In this document: positions 9,102 to 17,411 of the stretch, piece by piece
Layout: the number at the start of each line of letters is the position of its first letter
Position numbering within the stretch: position 1 is the first letter of the stretch
NCBI GenBank assembly: GCA_023299935.1
Contig: JALZVV010000098.1
Location: forward strand, 1-50,804
Reading direction: 5' to 3'
Source of the DNA: Dokdonia sp.
GTDB taxonomy: Bacteria; Bacteroidota; Bacteroidia; Flavobacteriales; Flavobacteriaceae
Length of the DNA: 50,804 nucleotides
Program-made: the position numbers and the translations under genes
The notes under the pieces: generated by a model
What the model was told of the DNA's origin: nothing
What the model saw: only the letters and a program-made list of their open reading frames with translations
Databases searched by the model: none

Positions 9102-11339
9102 ATGAAATATCTACTATTTTGCATAATGTTGATTTTATCTGGTATTGCCAGTGGTCAAATAGTATCTGAACATGAAGATATAAAAGTAGGGCTTGTATTG
9201 AGTGGCGGTGGGGCAAAAGGATTGGCTCACGTAGGCGTTATAAAAGTACTAGAAGAAGCTGGCGTACGTGTAGATTATATCGCGGGCACTAGTATGGGAG
9301 CGGTAATAGGTGGTTTATATGCTTCTGGATATAACGCTCAACAATTGGATTCCATCATAAAAGAAGTAGATTTTGATAAAATAATACAAGACAATGTCCC
9401 CAGAAGCGCAAAGACTTTTTATGAAAAAGAAGATACAGAACGTTATGCGATTACACTTCCTTTTGACTCCTTTAAACTATCGTTTCCACAATCTTTATCT
9501 AAGGGTCAGAACACCTATAATTTATTAGCTCAAACACTAGATCACTTGAGTGGTATAGACAATTTTGAGGAACTTCCTATTCCTTTCTTTTGCATTGCTA
9601 CAGACGCCACAAACGGTGAGCAAATTATTCTGGATAAAGGCTTTCTTCCGGAAGCAATAGGTGCCAGTGGTGCATTACCCAGCCTCTTTAGCCCCGTGGC
9701 ACTAGGAGACAAACTACTAATAGATGGGGGTGTAGCAAATAATTACCCCATAGACGAGTTACGCGCCAAAGGTGTAGATATTATCATTGGGGTTGATGTT
9801 CAGGATGATTTACGTTCTAAGGAAGAGCTTGGTACCGCTCCAGAGATTCTTATTCAAATCAGTAATTTCAGGTCAATCGCCTCTATGCAGGCTAAAAGAG
9901 ATAGTACTGATATTTATTTAAAGCCGGATGTTACTAACTACTCTGTGGTTTCTTTTGGAGATAAATATGAAATTATTGAAAAAGGTGCCGCTGCTGCTAA
10001 CGAACAATTTGATGCGCTAAAAGGAATTAGTATGCGGCAAAGTTCGCTTTCGCGAAAGCGACCCATTTCTAATCCCATGCCACAAGACAGCATAACAATA
10101 CACGCAGTTGAACTAACTGGTAATGAAAATTATACCCGCTCTTATATTTTAGGTAAGTTAAAACTAGCTCCTCCGGCAACCCTAAGCTATGGAGATTTTG
10201 GAGATAGAATTAATAATCTTGCAGCCACAGAAAACTTTAAACGCATAGGTCATCGTTTTCACAATATCCCGGAGGGGAAGCTACTTTCTATGAAGTTACA
10301 GGAATCAGAAAGTCGGCAATTTGTTCGTGTAGGGCTTCATTATGACGATCTTTTTAGAACTGCCGCCCTAGTAAACTTTACTAGAAAACGCTTACTTTTT
10401 AATAATGATATCGCTTCTTTTGATTTTATTCTTGGTGAAAATTTGCGGTATGAATTTAATTATTACATTGATAAAGGATATTACTGGAGTGTAGGTGCCC
10501 GGTCTATTTTAGACGATTTTCAAAAAGGGGTTAGTGCTCGCCTTTTAGAGCAAACCAGTGCACTAGATTTTTCTAGTATAAATCGTGTGCGAATCGATTA
10601 TCAAACCTTTACCAACCAGATTTATCTACAAACACTTTTTATGAAAGAGTTTTCTTTAGATCTAGGGGTTCAACATAAATTTATTGATATTGAAACGTTA
10701 ACGGTAGAGGATGATGATCTCACTCAACCCGGATTAATTTTTGATCAAAGTAATTTTTATGGGGCGTATGGTCAGATAAAATTTGACACTTTAGATAATT
10801 TATACTACCCGACTTCTGGAGTATATTTTGATGGAGATTTTGATTTGTTTTTATACGCTTCTGATTTTAATAATAACTTCACAGAATTCTCCATTGCTAA
10901 TGCTAGTTTTCTTTATGCAAAAAAGTTATTGCCTAAACTCACCTTACAGACTGGAATAGACGGCGGCTTTAAAATAGGCGGTTCTGAGGTTCGTTCTTTA
11001 GATTTTTTCTTAGGAGGCTATGGCAATAAGAAGGTAAATAATTTCGTCTCTTTTTGGGGTTATGATTTTATAAGTATCACAGGAGGTGGATATGTAAAAG
11101 CAAGCTTTTTATTTGATTACGAACTCTTTAAAAACCACCACGCATCGCTAGGGGCAAACTTTGCAAATGCAGGTAATAACATCTTTCAATCAGAAGAATT
11201 CTTCTCTTCACCGGATTTCTCCGGTTACACAGCAGGTTATGGAATTGAGACATTACTAGGTCCTTTAGAGCTTAGATATTCCTATAGTCCAGAGCTAGAC
11301 CGTAATGAATGGTATATAAGTCTTGGATTTAGATTTTAA
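9102..11339 (+). CDS. Patatin-like phospholipase with POTRA and Omp85-type barrel (PlpD-like)
   Basis: Signal peptide, GGGAKG, GTSMG and DGG motifs; C-terminal aromatic beta-strand (YISLGFRF). Confidence 0.88.
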   Translation: MKYLLFCIMLILSGIASGQIVSEHEDIKVGLVLSGGGAKGLAHVGVIKVLEEAGVRVDYIAGTSMGAVIGGLYASGYNAQQLDSIIKEVDFDKIIQDNVPRSAKTFYEKEDTERYAITLPFDSFKLSFPQSLSKGQNTYNLLAQTLDHLSGIDNFEELPIPFFCIATDATNGEQIILDKGFLPEAIGASGALPSLFSPVALGDKLLIDGGVANNYPIDELRAKGVDIIIGVDVQDDLRSKEELGTAPEILIQISNFRSIASMQAKRDSTDIYLKPDVTNYSVVSFGDKYEIIEKGAAAANEQFDALKGISMRQSSLSRKRPISNPMPQDSITIHAVELTGNENYTRSYILGKLKLAPPATLSYGDFGDRINNLAATENFKRIGHRFHNIPEGKLLSMKLQESESRQFVRVGLHYDDLFRTAALVNFTRKRLLFNNDIASFDFILGENLRYEFNYYIDKGYYWSVGARSILDDFQKGVSARLLEQTSALDFSSINRVRIDYQTFTNQIYLQTLFMKEFSLDLGVQHKFIDIETLTVEDDDLTQPGLIFDQSNFYGAYGQIKFDTLDNLYYPTSGVYFDGDFDLFLYASDFNNNFTEFSIANASFLYAKKLLPKLTLQTGIDGGFKIGGSEVRSLDFFLGGYGNKKVNNFVSFWGYDFISITGGGYVKASFLFDYELFKNHHASLGANFANAGNNIFQSEEFFSSPDFSGYTAGYGIETLLGPLELRYSYSPELDRNEWYISLGFRF
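10044..10061. repeat. Iterated palindrome copy 5 (18-bp), in the patatin gene
   Basis: TCGCTTTCGCGAAAGCGA, encodes SLSRKR. Confidence 0.9.
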
Positions 11340-11395
11340 AATAAAATGTGTTTTTGTGTTAATTTTATAAATTATTATATATAATAATTTAATTA

Positions 11396-12244
11396 ATGAT
11401 AGGGTTATTAGTATATAGTAACAATTTAAAACCTAATCATTATGAAAACCCTATTCACCTTTTAGCTGTCATTCTTATTGTCTTAGCAAGCTGCAAACCT
11501 GCTACACAACAAAGCGAAGCAGCAGTTCAACCCGCACCAGCTGCGCACGCAGTGCAAGATGTTGTATTTACTGAAACTCATTTGAGGCCTAATGCTCCAT
11601 CCATCAGAAAGTTATTCATTACCGCTCGAAGTGGATTATCCTTAAGACAAGGGACCAATTTAAAATCTGAAAAAATATTAACTATCCCCTATGGCTATCA
11701 GGTAACACACCTAAGTTCTCCTAAGCAAACTACCATGACTGTCGCTGGCATAGAAGGGAATATGGTAGAGGTGAATTATCTAGGCACAACTGGTTTTGTT
11801 TTCTCCGGCTATTTAAGCACGCTTGCGCCTCCTCTTGTGGATGAAACAGCAACCCAGTATGCTAAGCGTCTTTCTTCACCAGAAAAAACAATAAAAGTGT
11901 CTAAAATCAAAAATACTAAAGGAGATGAATTTGGCCTCACCACTTCTATAACCTTACCTGCTTCTTCTTGGGGAGAATCTTATATGCTAGCCCAAGCATT
12001 GTTTGATATCCCTAAAACTATTGCTGTAGATCTAACAGAAAACAGCAGGTCTACTATTGTCAATATAAAGAAAAGACTCAGAACTAAAACCGATGAAGTG
12101 ATCCTAGGTAGAGATAAAGATTCTAACATAAACCATATCACGTACTCATATAGTATAAGAGGATACAAACGCACCGTAAGCATCAAGAGCGTTGACAAAA
12201 ACTTTATGATAACGGAGGTTGAATGGTCATACATGAATTTATAA
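11396..12244 (+). CDS. SH3b-domain lipoprotein; the likely native start (ATG 11442) is out of frame, so possibly a frameshifted gene
   Basis: Lipobox LASC; A.SGLSLR..IPYG..V and GFVFSGYLS SH3_3-like motifs. See the frameshift finding. Confidence 0.6.
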   Translation: MIGLLVYSNNLKPNHYENPIHLLAVILIVLASCKPATQQSEAAVQPAPAAHAVQDVVFTETHLRPNAPSIRKLFITARSGLSLRQGTNLKSEKILTIPYGYQVTHLSSPKQTTMTVAGIEGNMVEVNYLGTTGFVFSGYLSTLAPPLVDETATQYAKRLSSPEKTIKVSKIKNTKGDEFGLTTSITLPASSWGESYMLAQALFDIPKTIAVDLTENSRSTIVNIKKRLRTKTDEVILGRDKDSNINHITYSYSIRGYKRTVSIKSVDKNFMITEVEWSYMNL

Positions 12245-12254
12245 TAAAGACAAA

Positions 12255-12287
12255 AATGGTCATACATGAATTTTATGTATGACCATT
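12255..12287. terminator. Bidirectional terminator-like hairpin between convergent genes
   Basis: AATGGTCATACAT-GAATTTT-ATGTATGACCATT, 13-bp stem. Confidence 0.6.
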
Positions 12288-12338
12288 AGTTTTGTAACAA
12301 ATAGGGTTATCTAAAACAACAAATGCGCTTGGGATTTG

Positions 12339-12833
12339 CTATTGCTCCCCTATTGTTTGAGTTTCTGTTTTGATGCAAGTGCCTTCATTAAAAGGGCATC
12401 CTGAACAAGAGCACAAACTTCCAGTAACCGTTAATCTACATCCGTTAGGACATCCTGAACAAGAGCAAGTTTTACCCCTTACCATGTAGGTCCTATCGTC
12501 TATTTTTTCTAAAAAACTGCCTGTTTCTAGCGTCCCATCTTCACTCACAGCTTTTAGGAAATAGAACCGTTTGCCATCTTCCTCTGATGCTATAATTTCA
12601 AATATAGATAAAGTTACAGATTTACCCGACTCACTTTTAATCTCGGCCGCCCATCTAGTTTGAATGTCTTTAGTTGTTACTTCAATATTATTGCTTTCTG
12701 ACTCGTTGTACACTAATCTCACGTTTGCAATTTCTTCAATCGTTTCTGCCTTCGTGTCTATTTCAAATTCGTTATCTGTAGAGCACGACGTGATAATAAG
12801 TGGCAGGAATAAAAGGTAAATAAAGTTTTTCAT
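12339..12833 (-). CDS. Hypothetical lipoprotein with Cys-rich C-terminus
   Basis: Lipobox ITSC; 8 Cys including two CSCSGCP repeats. Confidence 0.7.
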   Translation of the reverse strand: MKNFIYLLFLPLIITSCSTDNEFEIDTKAETIEEIANVRLVYNESESNNIEVTTKDIQTRWAAEIKSESGKSVTLSIFEIIASEEDGKRFYFLKAVSEDGTLETGSFLEKIDDRTYMVRGKTCSCSGCPNGCRLTVTGSLCSCSGCPFNEGTCIKTETQTIGEQ

Positions 12834-12955
12834 TATATAATGCCTTGATTAATAAGGCTTTAAAAATAAAACTAATTTTAATTTTAATTTTAATTTTAAG
12901 GAAACATTAACAATTTTAACCAAATATATATTGCTATTAATGAACACTTTACATA

Positions 12956-14383
12956 TTAAACCTCAGAAACCCGCAAGGTGTTTACCATCCCTTTATCTAC
13001 AATGGGCATCGCAGCAAGATTAATAAGCATATCACCCTTTTTTACAAAGCCTTTTTTACAAGCTATCCTATTTACATCCTCTACCGTTTCGTCTGTACTC
13101 ACATATTTGTCATAGTACAATGCTTTTACACCCCACAATAAATTAAGTTGTGTAAGAATACGTTTATTAGAGGTAAATGCTAGAATATGGGCTTGTGGCC
13201 TCCACGCCGAAATTTGAAAGGCAGTATAACCACTATTGGTTAAGGTAGAAATTGCCTTGGCGTCAATCTCATTTGCCATATGCGCTGCGTGATAACAAAT
13301 CGCTTTTGTAATGTATCTATTAGTTCTAATATGAGGTGGGTCTTGAGGGACCTGTACAAGCTCAGAATCTTCTACATTTCTACAGATCGCTGCCATTTTT
13401 TCTATCACCTGCACTGGGTATTTACCTACAGAGGTTTCTCCGCTTAACATCACCGCATCTGCTCCATCCATTACTGAGTTTGCCACATCATTTACCTCAG
13501 CTCGTGTGGGTGTAAGACTAGAAATCATAGTCTCCATCATCTGAGTAGCAATAATTACCGGAATTCTAGCTGTTTTTGCTCGTAAAACTAATTTCTTCTG
13601 AATTAAAGGCACCTCTTCTGCAGGTATCTCCACTCCTAAATCACCTCTAGCAACCATAAGGCCGTCACAGTACGCAATTATTTTATCAATATTAGCTACC
13701 GCTTCAGGTTTTTCAATCTTAGCAACAATAGGGATTTTGTAATCACTATGTTCTTTTATTATTGCCTGTAGTTCTTTAAGGTCATCTGCATGACGTACAA
13801 ATGAGAGGGCAATCCAATCTACCTCTTGCCCGATAGCAAAAATGGCATCTCTTACATCCTTCTCGGTAAGTGCTGGTAGAGAAATATTAGTGTTAGGCAG
13901 GTTTACTCCTTTGCGTGACCTTAGTGGCCCTCCTTGCACAACCTTAGCCTGAACTTCGCTTTTTTTATCCGTTTTAACGACTTCAAACATAAGTTTTCCA
14001 TCATCCAATAAAATGCGCTCCCCTTTATTAACGTCCTGTGGGAACTGTTTGTAATTCATATAAACGCGTTCACTCGTACCTTCAAACTCTTCTTTTGTAG
14101 AGAACACAATCAAGTCTCCTGGCTGAACAATCACCTCTTCCTTCATACGACCTACGCGTAGTTTAGGTCCTTGTAAATCTGCCAATATAGACGTATTAAA
14201 CCCGTGTTTAGTGCTTAATTCTCGTATCATTTTTACACGATTCTTTACGTCATCGTAGTCTGCGTGCGAAAAATTTATTCTAAACACATCTACCCCTGCC
14301 TGCATCATCTTAAGCAAGGTTTCTTTTTTTGCAGTGGCAGGTCCTAATGTTGCGACTATTTTGGTTTTCTTTCTATTTGGCAT
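12956..14383 (-). CDS. pyk: Pyruvate kinase
   Basis: TKIVATLGPA, RINFSH, DLQGPKLR, MVARGDLGVE, ATQMMETM, MLSGETS. Confidence 0.98.
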   Translation of the reverse strand: MPNRKKTKIVATLGPATAKKETLLKMMQAGVDVFRINFSHADYDDVKNRVKMIRELSTKHGFNTSILADLQGPKLRVGRMKEEVIVQPGDLIVFSTKEEFEGTSERVYMNYKQFPQDVNKGERILLDDGKLMFEVVKTDKKSEVQAKVVQGGPLRSRKGVNLPNTNISLPALTEKDVRDAIFAIGQEVDWIALSFVRHADDLKELQAIIKEHSDYKIPIVAKIEKPEAVANIDKIIAYCDGLMVARGDLGVEIPAEEVPLIQKKLVLRAKTARIPVIIATQMMETMISSLTPTRAEVNDVANSVMDGADAVMLSGETSVGKYPVQVIEKMAAICRNVEDSELVQVPQDPPHIRTNRYITKAICYHAAHMANEIDAKAISTLTNSGYTAFQISAWRPQAHILAFTSNKRILTQLNLLWGVKALYYDKYVSTDETVEDVNRIACKKGFVKKGDMLINLAAMPIVDKGMVNTLRVSEV

Positions 14384-14865
14384 TATTCAAATATTAAGTT
14401 TTGTTTTGTTTTTAGCTGGTCAATCTCGACGCTATATGCAGTTATGATTTGAGGTATGCTATTTATTTGTTTGAGAATTTGTGCTTTCGCGAAAGCCTTA
14501 CCTTCATCATACACCTTTAAAAAATAATCTACCTTAGGTAGGTCGTTAATAAACAAATCGCTTACTGAAACCTCATTTTCTTCATCAAATAGACCCTGCG
14601 AAACTTGCTTTAAAACAGTTTTGGCACGGTTATTAAAAAAATGGTAGTTCACGTATTTTTGAGGGTTTTCATACTCAAATAATGAGAAATCTACCGAATA
14701 TTTTCCCCTATTAACAAACAAATCATTTGAGGTTCTGGCTAATTGTAACCGCAAATTTTTATTGAGTAAAAAAGCGACATAATAGGCTTCCAATGAGGTA
14801 TGGATTGCAATTAACACAAAGTCATATCCAAAATCATCCTCTAATAAAAGCTTATGTTTTGCCAT
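14383..14865 (-). CDS. IPExxxVDY family hypothetical protein
   Basis: LIAIHTSLE.Y..AF.LN, LPKVDYFLK; translationally coupled to pyk. Confidence 0.75.
   Translation of the reverse strand: MAKHKLLLEDDFGYDFVLIAIHTSLEAYYVAFLLNKNLRLQLARTSNDLFVNRGKYSVDFSLFEYENPQKYVNYHFFNNRAKTVLKQVSQGLFDEENEVSVSDLFINDLPKVDYFLKVYDEGKAFAKAQILKQINSIPQIITAYSVEIDQLKTKQNLIFE
14483..14496. repeat. Iterated palindrome copy 6, in the IPExxxVDY gene
   Basis: GCTTTCGCGAAAGC, encodes AFAKA. Confidence 0.9.
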
Positions 14866-14930
14866 AATGTTTTACGAGATTTAAAGATACGTAAAGTGCA
14901 GTTAAACTAGCTCAAGCAATTACTATTCTC

Positions 14931-14946
14931 ACGCAAACGTTTGCGT
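14931..14946. promoter_or_regulatory. Perfect LacI-family operator-like palindrome ACGCAAACGTTTGCGT
   Basis: 16-bp perfect palindrome with an AAACGTTT core in the intergenic region upstream of the IPExxxVDY-pyk operon. Confidence 0.55.
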
Positions 14947-14963
14947 CTAAGGAATTTCTATCC

Positions 14964-16595
14964 CTACAGCGGCAGGGTAAAACTAGTAATTGTTCCTACT
15001 GAAAGTTTGCTTTCAATATCAAGCTTTCCATTATGCATTTCTATAAACTGCCTAGAAAGCACAAGGCCCAATCCGGAGCCTTTTTCGTTATTTGTCCCTC
15101 TTTGTGTTGTCACTTCTGTAATATCAAATAGCTTATCCAGATGTTCTTGAGGTATCCCGACTCCAGTATCCTCTACGCTAAAAGAAACCTCATTCTCTAG
15201 TTTAGAAATTTCTATGGCGACTACATGCCCTTCGTAAGAAAATTTTATAGCATTAGAAATGAGATTCCTTATCACATTAGCGATTAGATTTCTATCTCCT
15301 TTTATTTTTTCATTAAAACTACAATCTAAATCTATTCTCAGCCTTTTTGAATCTGCCGCGTATTGCTGCACCTTCAACTGATCTTTAGTTATGCTGAGTA
15401 AATTTAAGTCTACCGGGCTATAATTGATTTTTCCTGTTTGAACTTTAGACCATTTTAGTAAATTATCTAGAAGCGTAAGACTGTTTTTGCTAGAATCTCC
15501 TAGCCCATCTACAATCTTTTTATTAGTTGCGCCTTCTGTGCCCTCGGACCTCAGTATGTCAAGGAAATTTACAACAGAGCTTAACGGGCTTCTCAGGTCA
15601 TGAGCTATTATGTTGAAAAACTTGTTCTTTGTAGCAACGAGCTCTATAAGCTGGCGTTTTTGAGTAGCAATGATGTCATTCTTACGTTTATAAATATAAA
15701 AACGCGTCAACAATAAAAACATAAATCCAAGAAGAACTAAGTACCATATCAATGAAGTGGTATACATCCCAGGACTAAATTTATAGGGCTCTTTAAAAGC
15801 CGTTCCTATGGTAAAGGTATTATTGTAATAGGGAACTTCACTATACACATATTCCTCTGGGGCTATTTCAAAATTCTTAAAATACTCTGGATCCTTGTTT
15901 GAAGAATACAATTTTTGCGAATTGTATGACCTTGCCCTATCAAAGTAATTCCCGTTGCTGCTTCTAAAGCTCAATACAACATCTTCTTTATCAATTATTT
16001 TATAGACTCTATCTACAATAGGCGCAAATAAGGCGACACTTGTCATATAGCCTCTAGAGTTTCCGTTTTCATCCAAAATAGCAAACCCTAGGGGTAACCC
16101 TACTCCGCCTTCTAATAAATTAGTTGGGTTAGAAGCATAATATCCTTTTTTGAGCATTAGAGAATCCCTGCGTTTTACGCCTGGAGCGCCAATAACACTC
16201 TGCATAGGCTGGCCTTTTAGAAATACTTCTTCTACTCCACTAAAAACAAGGTCATATACAATTATATGGCTGGAATCCACATAAGTAACACTAAATGGCG
16301 GATCCATTTCTAAGTCTTTATGCTGCAGTTCAATAAACGCTCTTAGCCTAGCTTTACTAGGAACATTGTCATTGATCTCAACAAAACTTTTAACACCAGA
16401 AAGCAAAGTGGCATAGTTATTTAAAGCATCATTTAATTCTGTCGCGGCAACCCTATTCGCTCTTTCGAGAAGGAGTTGTCTTGCTTCCTTTTCTTTATTA
16501 ACAATTCGTGAGGACAAATAGACAACACCTAATGCACTGCCAATCGCAATTACGATAAAGATTAAATAATAAAGTTTAGGCTTTTTTTGTGACAT
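14964..16595 (-). CDS. Orphan sensor histidine kinase with periplasmic (CHASE-like) sensor
   Basis: Two TM segments; H-box IIAHDLRSP, N-box NLISNAIKF, DTGVGI, GSGLGL. Confidence 0.9.
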   Translation of the reverse strand: MSQKKPKLYYLIFIVIAIGSALGVVYLSSRIVNKEKEARQLLLERANRVAATELNDALNNYATLLSGVKSFVEINDNVPSKARLRAFIELQHKDLEMDPPFSVTYVDSSHIIVYDLVFSGVEEVFLKGQPMQSVIGAPGVKRRDSLMLKKGYYASNPTNLLEGGVGLPLGFAILDENGNSRGYMTSVALFAPIVDRVYKIIDKEDVVLSFRSSNGNYFDRARSYNSQKLYSSNKDPEYFKNFEIAPEEYVYSEVPYYNNTFTIGTAFKEPYKFSPGMYTTSLIWYLVLLGFMFLLLTRFYIYKRKNDIIATQKRQLIELVATKNKFFNIIAHDLRSPLSSVVNFLDILRSEGTEGATNKKIVDGLGDSSKNSLTLLDNLLKWSKVQTGKINYSPVDLNLLSITKDQLKVQQYAADSKRLRIDLDCSFNEKIKGDRNLIANVIRNLISNAIKFSYEGHVVAIEISKLENEVSFSVEDTGVGIPQEHLDKLFDITEVTTQRGTNNEKGSGLGLVLSRQFIEMHNGKLDIESKLSVGTITSFTLPL

Positions 16596-16670
16596 AAAAG
16601 GCAGGCACCATCTGAAGATCTTATATTGCCTATAGCCAGCAAAAGTAAGTAATAAAATTGAATTTTATCG

Positions 16671-17408
16671 TTATTTGGCTTGAATTTCTCGTTGAAATGC
16701 ATAATAAGCTCGTTTTGCCGCTATTTCTTCTGCCTTCTTCTTAGAGGTGGCACGTGCCTTTCCAGCTACACTTTTATCTATTGTTAACTTAACACCAAAA
16801 TGTTTTACGGCGTCTTGCCCAGTGTCTTCATAAACTTCAAAATTAAATTTCTTCTTCTCTTTCTGACACCATTCTATCAACACACTTTTATAGCTTATGA
16901 TACGGCCTTCCAATTTCTCAATATCTACATAGGGTTCTATTACCCTTTTGAAAATAAATTTCTCGCAATATTTATAACCACGGTCAAGATATATAGCTCC
17001 TATGAGAGCTTCAAACAGATTACCGTATATATTCGCTCCAAAATGCTCCTTGGGAATGGCTGCTCGCACATACCGTAATAAGTTGAGTTCTCTTCCAAGT
17101 TCATTTAAATGTTTCCTACTTACTACTTTAGACCGCATCTTAGTAAGATAGCCTTCATTTCCTCCTTGTACTTCTCCAAAAAGATGTGCCGCAATGACAG
17201 CCCCAAGCATTGCATCGCCTAAAAACTCTAGGCGCTCATAATTCAAAGGGTTTCCATCGTTCTTGCTTAGACCTAATGACCTGTGCGTGAATGCCTTTTC
17301 ATAGTATCCAATCTCTTTAGGCTTAAAACCAAGAATACTTTGCATACGCTTAAAAAAAATCCCGTCCTTATCAGGACGGGATTGAAATATTTTTTTTATT
17401 GCGCTCAT
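16671..17408 (-). CDS. rnc: Ribonuclease III
   Basis: NYERLEFLGDA signature, FEALIGAIYLD, C-terminal dsRBD. Confidence 0.96.
   Translation of the reverse strand: MSAIKKIFQSRPDKDGIFFKRMQSILGFKPKEIGYYEKAFTHRSLGLSKNDGNPLNYERLEFLGDAMLGAVIAAHLFGEVQGGNEGYLTKMRSKVVSRKHLNELGRELNLLRYVRAAIPKEHFGANIYGNLFEALIGAIYLDRGYKYCEKFIFKRVIEPYVDIEKLEGRIISYKSVLIEWCQKEKKKFNFEVYEDTGQDAVKHFGVKLTIDKSVAGKARATSKKKAEEIAAKRAYYAFQREIQAK
17352..17383 (-). terminator. Terminator-like hairpin inside the 5' end of rnc
   Basis: Minus strand reads AATCCCGTCCT-GATA-AGGACGGGATT running into a T8 tract. Confidence 0.6.
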
Positions 17409-17411
17409 TAT

